Assembly (NCBI GenBank): GCA_036336835.1
Contig: JAYZFK010000032.1
Location: 20,398-84,397, forward strand
Direction of reading: 5' to 3'
Length of the DNA stretch: 64,000 bases
Source: Myxococcota bacterium
GTDB taxonomy: Bacteria > Myxococcota_A > UBA9160 > UBA4427
Positions within the stretch are counted from its first letter, which is position 1. Each line of letters begins with the position of its first letter. Below the pieces are notes generated by a model. The model worked only from the letters and a program-made list of their open reading frames with translations, was not told where the DNA came from and did no database searches. This document shows, piece after piece, positions 29,922 through 39,008 of this stretch. A program made the translations under genes and the position numbers.

Positions 29922-32045
29922 ATGTATAAGAAGATCTATGTGCCGGTCGACAACTCGGCCCACTCCAACCAGGCCATCCATTCGGCCGTGCAGCTCGGGA
30001 AGGTGTTTGGCTCCGAGCTGGTCGGCTCGCACATCTACGCGGCCAAGATGCATGACTACCGCTTCAAGCAGATGGAGTACTCGCTTCCCGAGGAGTATCT
30101 GGAGGAGAACGAGCTCGAGCGGCAGCGCAAGATCCACGACAGCCTGATCACCATGGGGCTCAAGCTGATCTCGGACAGCTACCTCGAAGGCATGCGACAA
30201 ATCTGCGAGAAGGAGGCTCTGCCCTTCGAAGCCCGGATGATCGACGGGCAGCACCATGTCGAGATCCGCCGGGACCTGGCCCAGTCGGACGCCGATCTGT
30301 TGGTGATCGGCGCTCTCGGCCTGGGCCGCCAGCGCGACAGCCTGATCGGCTCGGTTTGCGAACGCGTGATCCGCTCGTGCAGCCAGGACGCCTGGGTCGT
30401 CAAGCACGTGCCCGGGAAGGACGAGCCCGAACGCGACACGATCCTGGTCGCTATCGACGGCAGTCCTCAGTCGTTTGGAGCGCTTCACACCGCGTTCGCA
30501 CTCGCTCGGAAGTTCGGCAAGCGGATCGAGGTGATCGGCGTATACGACCCCTACCTGCATTACCTCGTCTTCAATGGTCTGGTGGGCACCCTGACCGAGA
30601 AGGCGTCGAAGGTGTTTCGGTTCGAGGAGCAGAACCAGCTCCACGAGGAGATCATCGATACGGGCCTGGCCCAGATCTATCAGTCTCACCTCGACGTTGC
30701 CCAGCAGATCGCCCGCGCCGAAGAGATCGAGGTCCGCCAGACCCTGCTCGACGGCAAGACCTTCCAGAAGATCCACGACCACGTGCGCAAGACGAAGCCC
30801 TGGCTGCTCGTGATGGGCCGCATCGGGCTGCACAGCGACCCGAACGACACCGAGCTCGGGAGCAACTCGGAGAATCTGCTCCGGCTGAGTGAGTGCGATG
30901 TCCTGTTGACGACATCGCAGGTTCGTCCGCAGATCGACGTGCGAGCCGAGGAGAGCATCCGCTGGAGTGAGCAGGCGGAGGAGCGCATGGCACGCGTGCC
31001 CAAGCTCGTGGTGGGCATCGCACGCACCGCGATCCTGCGCATGGCGCTCGAGAAGGGGCATAGCGTCATCACGAGCTCCCTGATCGACGAGGCCATGGCG
31101 CGCTTCATGCCCAAGCAGGCACCGATGGACAAGCTCGCCGAGGCCGTCGCGATCGGCCGCGCCCAGGAGCAAGCGCTGGCGATGTGCAAGGGCTGCGGCA
31201 TGACGGCCAGCGAGCCCGACCCGGCGCTGTGCAGCGTGTGCGGCGGGACGGTCTTCGAGGTGCTGACGGCCGAGGTGGTCGAGCGGCTGATCGAGAGCGA
31301 AGGCGGCGCGGTGGACGAGGCGGCCTACGACGGCCGCAAGCTGCAATGGACGCAGGAGGCGCGCCGCGCGCTGCGAGCCATCGACTCGGCCTATCTGCGG
31401 CGGCGCACCAAGGCGCGGATCGAGAAGACGGTCCGTCTGCAGAAGCGCAAGACTGTGACGCTCGAGTTCGCTCAGAAGCTGATCGAAGAAGAGACCGGCG
31501 TGCCGATGGCCGTCGCGCCCTCGCAAGGCTCGGCCCCGCAGCACGACGAGGGCGCGGTCGAGGCCGCGTCCGAGTCCGAGTCCGCCGCGGTCTGTCCGAT
31601 GGGAGACCATTCGGACGGCGACCGTCTGATCGCCAGGGACTCCGCGAAGATGCCGCTCTTCTCCAGCTTCGAGTGGAGCGAGGACGCGACCGAGCGAATC
31701 CTGCGGGTGCCTTCGGGCTTCATGCGGGATCGGACCCAGGCGCGGATCGAGGAGCTGGCGCGGCAGCACGGGGACACCCGGATCGATCTGGTCCGCGTCG
31801 AAGAGGGGGTCGAGCTGGGCTTGCAGACGATGGCCGAGCAGATCGCGCAGAACGGCGATGGCGCCGAGGACGCGGAGCAGAGCGAACACGTCGCCGCCGC
31901 CGCCAAGTGTCCGGCGGTCAACCGGACCGAGATCGAAGCTCGCGAGAGCCACGCGGAGCAGCCGCTCAACGAGGTGAGTGAGCTGACCGAGCTGACCGCG
32001 ATGAGGATGCTGCTCAGCAAGCAGGGGGGACGGCCCCAGGAGTAG
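29922..32045 (+). CDS. Double universal-stress-protein domains + zinc ribbon + three PCP_red-like domains
   Basis: USP1 (KKIYVPVDNS..GSVCERVIR) and USP2 (ILVAIDGS..GSNSENLLR). CKGC..CSVC. Three 'W(S/T)xxAxxx(L/M/I)xx(V/I)' repeats. Two CP motifs. Confidence 0.8.
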   Translation: MYKKIYVPVDNSAHSNQAIHSAVQLGKVFGSELVGSHIYAAKMHDYRFKQMEYSLPEEYLEENELERQRKIHDSLITMGLKLISDSYLEGMRQICEKEALPFEARMIDGQHHVEIRRDLAQSDADLLVIGALGLGRQRDSLIGSVCERVIRSCSQDAWVVKHVPGKDEPERDTILVAIDGSPQSFGALHTAFALARKFGKRIEVIGVYDPYLHYLVFNGLVGTLTEKASKVFRFEEQNQLHEEIIDTGLAQIYQSHLDVAQQIARAEEIEVRQTLLDGKTFQKIHDHVRKTKPWLLVMGRIGLHSDPNDTELGSNSENLLRLSECDVLLTTSQVRPQIDVRAEESIRWSEQAEERMARVPKLVVGIARTAILRMALEKGHSVITSSLIDEAMARFMPKQAPMDKLAEAVAIGRAQEQALAMCKGCGMTASEPDPALCSVCGGTVFEVLTAEVVERLIESEGGAVDEAAYDGRKLQWTQEARRALRAIDSAYLRRRTKARIEKTVRLQKRKTVTLEFAQKLIEEETGVPMAVAPSQGSAPQHDEGAVEAASESESAAVCPMGDHSDGDRLIARDSAKMPLFSSFEWSEDATERILRVPSGFMRDRTQARIEELARQHGDTRIDLVRVEEGVELGLQTMAEQIAQNGDGAEDAEQSEHVAAAAKCPAVNRTEIEARESHAEQPLNEVSELTELTAMRMLLSKQGGRPQE

Positions 32046-32080
32046 GTCGACCCTCCATCCTGGGACGACGATTCAGCGAC

Positions 32081-32950
32081 ATGCCCGCTTATCGCTTCTG
32101 CAGAACCGACGACATCTCGTTCCTGGCGGACGCTCTGAACGCTTGTTACGTCGTCCACTTCTCGGATCAGCGAGCACTCTCCGCAGGCCTCTTCAAGCGA
32201 GAGATCCGCGAGCTGAACGTCTGGGCCAGCAGCTGCATGGCGGCAACGGAAGACGGTGAGCCGATTGCCGTGGTCACGGGCGCGAAGCGGGAGCGCGAGA
32301 CCCTCATCCACCGCATTGGGATCCACCCGGACCACCTGCGGCGCGGCCACGCTCGCCACCTGCTGGAATCGCTGAGCCACAAGCTCTCGGTGCTCGGCCC
32401 TCCTCGGTTGGTGGCGGAGGTCCCCGACGACCGGCCAGCTGCGCGGGCGCTGTTCGAGGCTGTGGGCTATCAGGCCGAGGAGTGCTTCGCTGACTTCAGC
32501 CTGCCAACCGCTCTCGAGCCCGTGACCGGAGCGCGCGGGGTCGAAGAAGTCGGTCTCGAACGCGTCGTCGCGATGCTGGATCCCAGTGTGTGCCGCAGCT
32601 GGCAGCGCGCGCTGGAGACGTTGCAGAACCGCAAGGACCAGATTCGCGGTCTCGTCCTCACATCCGATACACGTCTCGAGGCCGGTGTCCTGTTCCGGGA
32701 CCTCCCGGAGCGGGGTCGGCGCGAGATCGTTGCCCTCGCCGGGCCGCTCGCGCCGGGTGGCGGGGCGGTCGAAGCGCAAGGCATGCTCGCAACCGTCGTG
32801 CGGGCCGCCTGTCAGGCGGACGCGCTCAGCGTCACGGTTCCGAGAGTCTCCGACGCCGAGGCCCGCTGGGCGGACCTCGAGTCGATGGGCTTCGAGAGGG
32901 GGCGAACCTACACCCGCTTTGCAGTGCTCGCGAGTTCGGGCATACCCTGA
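32081..32950 (+). CDS. GNAT-family acetyltransferase
   Basis: Acetyl-CoA motif A (IGIHPDHLRRGHARHLL) and motif B (AARALFEAVGY). Confidence 0.7.
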   Translation: MPAYRFCRTDDISFLADALNACYVVHFSDQRALSAGLFKREIRELNVWASSCMAATEDGEPIAVVTGAKRERETLIHRIGIHPDHLRRGHARHLLESLSHKLSVLGPPRLVAEVPDDRPAARALFEAVGYQAEECFADFSLPTALEPVTGARGVEEVGLERVVAMLDPSVCRSWQRALETLQNRKDQIRGLVLTSDTRLEAGVLFRDLPERGRREIVALAGPLAPGGGAVEAQGMLATVVRAACQADALSVTVPRVSDAEARWADLESMGFERGRTYTRFAVLASSGIP

Positions 32951-32969
32951 TGCTGGCGAGGAGTGTCAC

Positions 32970-33863
32970 GTGAAGGGCTACCACGACATCGTGGGCGATG
33001 GCGGGTCGGCGATCCTCGAGCAAGTCGAGGCGCAGCAGGCGAGCATCGCCCGGAGCCTGTCGGGCGTTCGGAGCCTGGTTGCGATCGGATCCGGGAAGGG
33101 AGGGGTCGGCAAGAGCACCCTGACCATGCAGCTCGCCTGTGCGCTGCGCGCGCGGGGCAAGGCGGTCTCGATCCTGGATGCCGACCTGAACGGGCCCTCC
33201 CAGGCTCGTCTGGGCGGTCTGCGCGACGGGCTCCTGGTTCCGGGCGAGGCCGGAGCAGCGGTTCCCAGGACGCGGAACGGGATCGGCGTGGTCTCGATGG
33301 GCGCGCTGGTCCCGGAGCCGCGCGCCGTCGAGTTCGAGAGTGTCGCCAACGGATCCTCACACACCTGGTGGGCGACCCGGGAGTTCACGACCCTGCGTGA
33401 GCTGCTGGCGGGGATGGACTGGGGCGAGCTCGACTACCTGCTGGTCGACCTGCCCCCCGGTGTCGAACGGACCGCGCAGCACGCCGAGTTGCTCGGGCCC
33501 GCAGCGGTCTTCGTATTGGTGGCGATCCCCTCGGATTTGGCGAGGGGGGTCGTCGCCCGATCGATCGACGCCCTCGAGAAGACCCCCAACCGGGTCCTGG
33601 GCTACGTCCAGAACATGGACGGCTACTACTGCTCGGACTGCGGGCAGGTCAAGCCGCTGTTTCCCGCGCAGGCGCAGGTAAGCCTGGGTCTTCCCTGCCT
33701 GGGTCGCGTACCCTTCGACCCCGAGCTCGCCGCGCTCTGCGACCGGGGCGGGTCGCTGTCCGATTCACCCGCGCTGCCATCGTGGCAACCGATCCAGCGA
33801 ATCGCCGAACAGCTCTTGCCAGCGCGCTCGCAAGCGCATGTTGGCTCCGAGGAGAGAACATGA
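32970..33863 (+). CDS. mrp: Mrp/NBP35 (ApbC) family P-loop ATPase / Fe-S carrier
   Basis: Motifs SGKGGVGKST, DADLNGPS, WGELDYLLVDLPPG, NM..YYCSDCG, LF and GRVPFDP. Confidence 0.88.
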   Translation: MKGYHDIVGDGGSAILEQVEAQQASIARSLSGVRSLVAIGSGKGGVGKSTLTMQLACALRARGKAVSILDADLNGPSQARLGGLRDGLLVPGEAGAAVPRTRNGIGVVSMGALVPEPRAVEFESVANGSSHTWWATREFTTLRELLAGMDWGELDYLLVDLPPGVERTAQHAELLGPAAVFVLVAIPSDLARGVVARSIDALEKTPNRVLGYVQNMDGYYCSDCGQVKPLFPAQAQVSLGLPCLGRVPFDPELAALCDRGGSLSDSPALPSWQPIQRIAEQLLPARSQAHVGSEERT

Positions 33864-34279
33864 AGTTCCTGTGCGTGTCGTGCGATGAGGCCATGAAGCT
33901 GATCCGCACCGATCCCCCCGAGCGCGGCTCACTCACTGTGGTCTACCAGTGCCCGAAGTGCGCGAGCGAGTTCGCCATGCTGACGAACCCCTACGAGACC
34001 CAGGTGGTCGGCTCGCTCGGAGTCAAGGTCGACGCAAACGGAGGCGCAGGGGAGTCCAAGTGCCCGTTCACGGGCGTGGTGCAGGATTTGGGTGTGGGCG
34101 TGGCAGGCTCGACGAACGGGTTGTCGTGGACCTCGGAGGCGAGCTCGAGCCTGCTCAACATTCCCGAGTTTGCGCGTCCCATGGCCAAGACCGGCATCGA
34201 GAAGTTTGCGACCGAGCGCGGGTTTGCGCAGATCGATGCGCAGGTGCTCGCGGAGGCTCGAAACTTCTTCGGGATGTAG
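33860..34279 (+). CDS. Zinc-ribbon + PCP_red-like domain protein
   Basis: CVSC..CPKC, KCPF, and C-terminal WTSEASSSLLNIPEFARPMAKTGIEKFATERG. Confidence 0.78.
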   Translation: MKFLCVSCDEAMKLIRTDPPERGSLTVVYQCPKCASEFAMLTNPYETQVVGSLGVKVDANGGAGESKCPFTGVVQDLGVGVAGSTNGLSWTSEASSSLLNIPEFARPMAKTGIEKFATERGFAQIDAQVLAEARNFFGM

Positions 34280-34286
34280 TCGGCGC

Positions 34287-35519
34287 TCAGTCCTTGTCCG
34301 TGAAGGGCATCGAGCCGAACATCTTGGCTCGACTTTCGCCCGCCAGCGCGTCCTTCATTACGTCGGCTGTGATCAGCGCGACACCCTGGCGCTGGGCGTA
34401 CGCCTCCAGGCCCTGCTTGACCTTCCCGCGGATGAACACGATCGGGATGCGTTCCAGCCGAGCGCGGGCTTCCGCGCTCCAGAGGATCTCGTCGACCTCT
34501 AGCGTTTGTCCGGTCGGCTGGTAACGACAGGCCGGGTCTTCTTGCAGGTAGTCGCCGTAGGCGGCATAGGCCCGACACCGGCACCCGCCGCACAGCTCGT
34601 TGAACTCGCAGCTGCCACAGCGTCCCTTGAGCTGCTTCGGGTCGCGGAGCTGCTGCAGGACGGGCGAGGTCTGCCAGATCTCGCCGAGGCTCTGTTCACG
34701 CACGTTGCCGGCAACGACCGTCATATAGGGACACGGGGTGACATCGCCCTGCGGCGTGATTCGACCGTACTGGGTGCCAGCCATACAACCGCCGCTCTCG
34801 AGCCCGCCAACTCCCTTCTGGTAGGCGATCTGCTTGAACTGCGGCGCACACTTGGAGCGCACCAGCATCGGACGGTAGTGATCTTGCGAGTCCACCAGGT
34901 CCGAGAGCATGGCTTCCGTCCGTTCGGGTGAAAGATCGTTCATCTGCTGGCCACGGCCGGTCTGCACGAGGAAGTACAGGTTGAAGGACCAGGCTCCCTT
35001 CTCGCGGGCAAACGCCAGCATCTCGGGAATCTCGTCGTAGTTCATGTCCATGACCGTGGTCTGGACCACCACCTGGAGGCCGTTCGCCCGGCAGATATCC
35101 AACGCCCGGACCGAATACTCCCATGCATTGGGTCCGCCCCGAAAATGGTCGTGCTTCGCCGGATCGAGCGAATCGATGCTGATGGCGACACCCTGCACGC
35201 CGCACTCGATCATCTTCTCGACGACCGCCGTCGTGAGCAAGACGCCATTGGTGCCCATCACGACCCAGAGTCCCTGGCTCGATGCGTGTCGGGCGATGTC
35301 GTAGATGTCCTTGCGCATGAGCGGCTCGCCACCGGTCAGGATCAACATCTCGGTGCCGAGGGTCTTCATCTCGTCGATCAGCGAGAGACATTCGTCGGTG
35401 CTGAGCTCGTCTTCTGCCTTGTGTCCCGCCTCCATGTAGCAGTGCGGGCAGCGCAGATTGCACATCTTCGTCAGATTCCACGAGATGAGCGATGGCTTGT
35501 ACTCGGTCTGAGTTGCCAT
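34287..35519 (-). CDS. Radical SAM/SPASM enzyme (AhbD/AhbC/NirJ-like) with C-terminal PCP_red-like domain
   Basis: WNLTKMCNLRCPHCY, LTGGEPL, SPASM (GCMAG..CPY..GRCGSCEF..CGGCRCRAY..DPAC) and a WSAEARARLERIP..IRGKVK tail. Confidence 0.85.
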   Translation of the reverse strand: MATQTEYKPSLISWNLTKMCNLRCPHCYMEAGHKAEDELSTDECLSLIDEMKTLGTEMLILTGGEPLMRKDIYDIARHASSQGLWVVMGTNGVLLTTAVVEKMIECGVQGVAISIDSLDPAKHDHFRGGPNAWEYSVRALDICRANGLQVVVQTTVMDMNYDEIPEMLAFAREKGAWSFNLYFLVQTGRGQQMNDLSPERTEAMLSDLVDSQDHYRPMLVRSKCAPQFKQIAYQKGVGGLESGGCMAGTQYGRITPQGDVTPCPYMTVVAGNVREQSLGEIWQTSPVLQQLRDPKQLKGRCGSCEFNELCGGCRCRAYAAYGDYLQEDPACRYQPTGQTLEVDEILWSAEARARLERIPIVFIRGKVKQGLEAYAQRQGVALITADVMKDALAGESRAKMFGSMPFTDKD

Positions 35520-35957
35520 CTACTGTTCCTCACCGATCCGGCGTTGCGTGCGCCACGCGGAGAACCCGATCCACGCCGAGCGGACGAGCAGAGACACGAC
35601 GATCGTCATCAGCGCCGCGTTCACGAACGCGGCCGGTCTGGGCGAAACGGTCGTGATGCTAAGTGCCAGCGGGTCGACGTGCAAGCCAAGTCCGTGATGG
35701 AAGTAATTGGTCGCCCGCCAGACGTTCGGCACGACCAGCAGCGCGGACAGCAACCACCAGCCCTGCCGGTACAGCAGCACTGCGAAGATCAGGACGAAGA
35801 CGGCACCTACCGCCAGCTGCCCATACGCGCCCTCTCGGGTCGGAGGGATCAGCTCGGCGGTGAACGTGATGACGATCACCAACACCCCGAGTACACCGTA
35901 GGCCAGTCCAGCTGCCTTGTGCGGCTGCGCCAGGGCCCGGAGCGACGAGTTCTTCAC
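35520..35957 (-). CDS. Hypothetical 4-TM membrane protein
   Basis: Hydrophobic ORF tightly packed between hemY and the radical SAM gene. Confidence 0.65.
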   Translation of the reverse strand: MKNSSLRALAQPHKAAGLAYGVLGVLVIVITFTAELIPPTREGAYGQLAVGAVFVLIFAVLLYRQGWWLLSALLVVPNVWRATNYFHHGLGLHVDPLALSITTVSPRPAAFVNAALMTIVVSLLVRSAWIGFSAWRTQRRIGEEQ

Positions 35958-35961
35958 GAAT

Positions 35962-37458
35962 CTACGACTGCCCCCGGTCTTGCGACAGGTGCGTTCGAAG
36001 CGCTGCGGCCACGGCGTTGCCCGACGCCGCGCAGTCGGCCAGGCCGTATGCGCCCAGGGCGCTGCCGGCGAGGTGGAGGCCCTCGTGTCGCTCGACCTCT
36101 TGCTCGACGACTTCGACCCGCGCCCGGTGGCCGACGTCGAACTGCGGCATGGAGTTCGGGAAGCGATTCACTCTCCACGAGACGGGCTTGCCGTTGATGC
36201 CAATCAAGGGCGCCAGGTCGTCGTGCGCCCGCTGGGCCAGCGTCTCGTCGTCGAGATCGAGCGCAGACGGATCGAGCGGACCTCCCTGAAAGGTTCGCAC
36301 TACGTGGAACCCGTCGGGAGCGACACCGGGGAACTTCTCGCTCGAGTAGGTGGCAGCGAAGATGCGATTCCGCTCGCGCCGCGGCACGAAGAAGCCGAAG
36401 TCGCCCGGAAGCAGCGCGACATCATCGCGTCGGTAGACCAGATTGACGGTGAGGCAGGAGGCAAAGCGCAATCCGGCGAGAGCCGTCGCGAGGGCGGGCG
36501 CATCGGCCTTCAACAGCTCGCGACAGCGGGGCGCCGGACAGGCGAGCACCACGCTGTTTGCCCGCCAGGTGCCCCGAGCCGTCTCGATCTGCCAGGCGCC
36601 GCCGGGCAGTCGTCGAAGCTGTCTCGCTGCGCAGTCGAGCTCCAGCCAGCCGGCGGGAATCTGACCGGCAAGGCGCTCCACCAGCGTGCCGAGCCCATCG
36701 GCAATCGTCAGTTGCGCGGGTGAGCGCTGGGCGGCCGCGCCCGAAGGTCCGGATGAACCACGAAGCCCGCGCAGAACACTGCCGCACTGCCGTTCGAGCT
36801 CGACGAACGGTCCGAGCGTTCGCTCCGCGCTCAGCTTCGTCGCATCGGCGATGAACAACCCGCCCAGCACGGGCTCCGCCACGCGCTCGAAGACCTCCCG
36901 GCCGAAGCGCCGCCGGACGAAGCTCTCGACGCTCTCGTCCGTGGCGGCGTCCTCGCTCGGGTCGTCGCCCGCTAGCGCACCGGGCTTGATGAGCGACTCG
37001 AGGAGCATCCTCGCCTTGCCCGGCCACGAGAACAGGCCGGACCGCAAGAGCGGCCAGGGCAACGTCGGTGCGATCAGCCGGAATCCCGCGGGCAACCGAT
37101 GCAATCGCTGGTCGTGAAGCACCGAGAAGGCTGCGTCCGATCTGGGCGCGACGAGTGCATCGCCGAGCCCGAGCTCCCGGCACAGGTCGATCGCCGCTGG
37201 CTTGGCGGTCGCCAGCGAATCCGGGCCGGTCTCACACAGGCAGTCTCCCTGCTGCTCCGCCTCGACTCGCTCTGTCTGGATCAAGCCGCCCAGGCGGTCG
37301 CGGGCCTCGAACAGACGCAGCGAGAGCGGATCGGTCGAATGCTGATGCCGACTCAGGCGAAACGCGGTGACCAGACCGGAGACGCCACCGCCGACGATCG
37401 CCACATCCAGACGGCGCGCATCGGGGTCGTTGGCACCACACGCGCGGACTGAATTCAC
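35962..37458 (-). CDS. hemY: HemY-type protoporphyrinogen/coproporphyrinogen oxidase
   Basis: Motifs VGGGVSGL, EARDRLGG, ETGPDS, DESVESFVRRRFG, FGFFVP and MPQFDVGH. Confidence 0.88.
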   Translation of the reverse strand: MNSVRACGANDPDARRLDVAIVGGGVSGLVTAFRLSRHQHSTDPLSLRLFEARDRLGGLIQTERVEAEQQGDCLCETGPDSLATAKPAAIDLCRELGLGDALVAPRSDAAFSVLHDQRLHRLPAGFRLIAPTLPWPLLRSGLFSWPGKARMLLESLIKPGALAGDDPSEDAATDESVESFVRRRFGREVFERVAEPVLGGLFIADATKLSAERTLGPFVELERQCGSVLRGLRGSSGPSGAAAQRSPAQLTIADGLGTLVERLAGQIPAGWLELDCAARQLRRLPGGAWQIETARGTWRANSVVLACPAPRCRELLKADAPALATALAGLRFASCLTVNLVYRRDDVALLPGDFGFFVPRRERNRIFAATYSSEKFPGVAPDGFHVVRTFQGGPLDPSALDLDDETLAQRAHDDLAPLIGINGKPVSWRVNRFPNSMPQFDVGHRARVEVVEQEVERHEGLHLAGSALGAYGLADCAASGNAVAAALRTHLSQDRGQS

Positions 37459-37798
37459 GGCCAGAACTGTACCAGACAGAAACGCGACGACGGAAGGCAG
37501 GTTCCGGATTCTGGATCCCGATCAAGCGCCCCGGCACGCTCACGCCGGGAGCTCACCCCCGCGAGCCGCTCGCCCCGGTGCAGATCTTCCGCTACCTCGT
37601 CGTGTGCATCTGCCCCGTGCTGTACGCTCTGGTCTGTCCGTGAGCGGGAGGTCGCCGCGAATGCCGCGGCCCGCAGCGGGCGAAATCTCGACGCCGTCCT
37701 GCAATGCGTCGCCAGCGAGTCGGCTTCGCGGGCTGTTGCCGCCACCGTGGGATGCACGGACCCGGTCGAGCGGATCTTGACACCGCAGGGAGGTGGAC

Positions 37799-38992
37799 AT
37801 GGCTGGGATCGACTTCGACCCGTTCTCCGACGAGCTGGTCTACGGTGACAAGTACGCCGTCTACAAGCGGCTGCGCGACGAGGCGCCCACGCACTACTCC
37901 GAGAAGTGGGGCTGCTACGTGCTATCGCGCTTTGCGGGTGTCTGGGAGGCTTGCCAGAGCCCGGCGATTTCGTCCGCCCATGGGACCACGCTCTCGCACC
38001 TGTTGACGAAGGTGCAGCCTGTCCAGCCGATGCTGAACATGATGGATCCACCCGGCCACTCGAGCCTGCGTGCGCTGCTGCGCAAGCAGTTCATGCCGCG
38101 CCGCGTAAAGGAGCTCGCTGCGCCCATCCAGGCGCTGGTCGAGGAGCTGCTCGACGCACTGCGTGAGCACGACACGCCGGATTTCGTGAGCCAGTTTGCG
38201 CAGCCGCTCGCGACCGGCGTCGGCGGCATGGTGATCGGACTGCCGGCCGAAGACGGGCTCTACCTGCGCGGGCTCGTGGACCAGTTCTTCTCGCGCGATC
38301 CCGACAACCCCGGCATGACCGAACGTGGAATCGCCGCAATGCTCGAGATGGACGAGTATTTCGAGAAGCTCTCGGCCGAGCGTCGAGGCAAGCCGGCGGT
38401 CGACTTCGACGCGATCTCGGTGCTCCAGAGCTGGGAGGGGCCCGACGGTCACCGCGCCGACGATCACGAGGTGGCTTCCAACCTGCAGCTTCTGTTGATC
38501 GGTGGGACCGATACGCTGCCGAAAGTGCTCGCGAATCTGGTGCTGCGGCTGGCGCAGAACCCGGATCAGCGCGCGGACCTGGCGGCCGACCCGAGCCTGG
38601 CGGCGGATGCGTTCAACGAAGCGGTGCGCCTCGACATGCCGACGCAGAACATGGCGCGCATGTTGATCGACGACTTCCAAGTCCACGACGAGACCCTCGA
38701 GTCCGGCAAGCCAGTGTTGCTCCTGTACGCGTCCGCCAACCGCGACGAGCGCGAGTTCCCGAATCCAGACGTCTACGACATGCGGCGTCGCGCGCCGCGG
38801 AGCGTCTCCTTCAGCCACGGTACGCACGCCTGCATCGGCTTGCACGTGGCGCGCAAGGAAGGCGAGATCGCGATCAGCGAGCTGTTGCGCCGACACCCGG
38901 GCTACTCGATCGACGAGGCGCAGCTCGAGCGCTACGAGACCGAGTTCGTGCAGGGCTACTCGAGGGTTCCGATCTCGCTCGACGGAGGTTGA
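37799..38992 (+). CDS. Cytochrome P450
   Basis: MDPPGH..LR, I-helix GGTDT, ExxR (EAVR), SANRDE and heme-ligand motif FSHGTHACIG. Confidence 0.93.
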   Translation: MAGIDFDPFSDELVYGDKYAVYKRLRDEAPTHYSEKWGCYVLSRFAGVWEACQSPAISSAHGTTLSHLLTKVQPVQPMLNMMDPPGHSSLRALLRKQFMPRRVKELAAPIQALVEELLDALREHDTPDFVSQFAQPLATGVGGMVIGLPAEDGLYLRGLVDQFFSRDPDNPGMTERGIAAMLEMDEYFEKLSAERRGKPAVDFDAISVLQSWEGPDGHRADDHEVASNLQLLLIGGTDTLPKVLANLVLRLAQNPDQRADLAADPSLAADAFNEAVRLDMPTQNMARMLIDDFQVHDETLESGKPVLLLYASANRDEREFPNPDVYDMRRRAPRSVSFSHGTHACIGLHVARKEGEIAISELLRRHPGYSIDEAQLERYETEFVQGYSRVPISLDGG

Positions 38993-39008
38993 GTGCGCGG
39001 AGCGTCGC

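Noticed and set aside
28263..31952. 1229-aa minus-strand ORF, and similar long antisense ORFs (47484-50867, 5174-7042, 1244-3469)
   Set aside because: These are shadow frames of well-supported genes on the opposite strand, expected at high GC, with no recognisable motifs.
29922..35519. Photosynthesis / chlorophyll synthesis genes
   Set aside because: Only the small BchB C-terminal-like domain is present. There is no BchN/BchB catalytic core, BchL or reaction-centre gene.
34287..35519. RiPP maturase with a precursor peptide
   Set aside because: No convincing precursor, RRE/PqqD domain or exporter is adjacent. The sequence and the hemY neighbour point to the heme-related clade.
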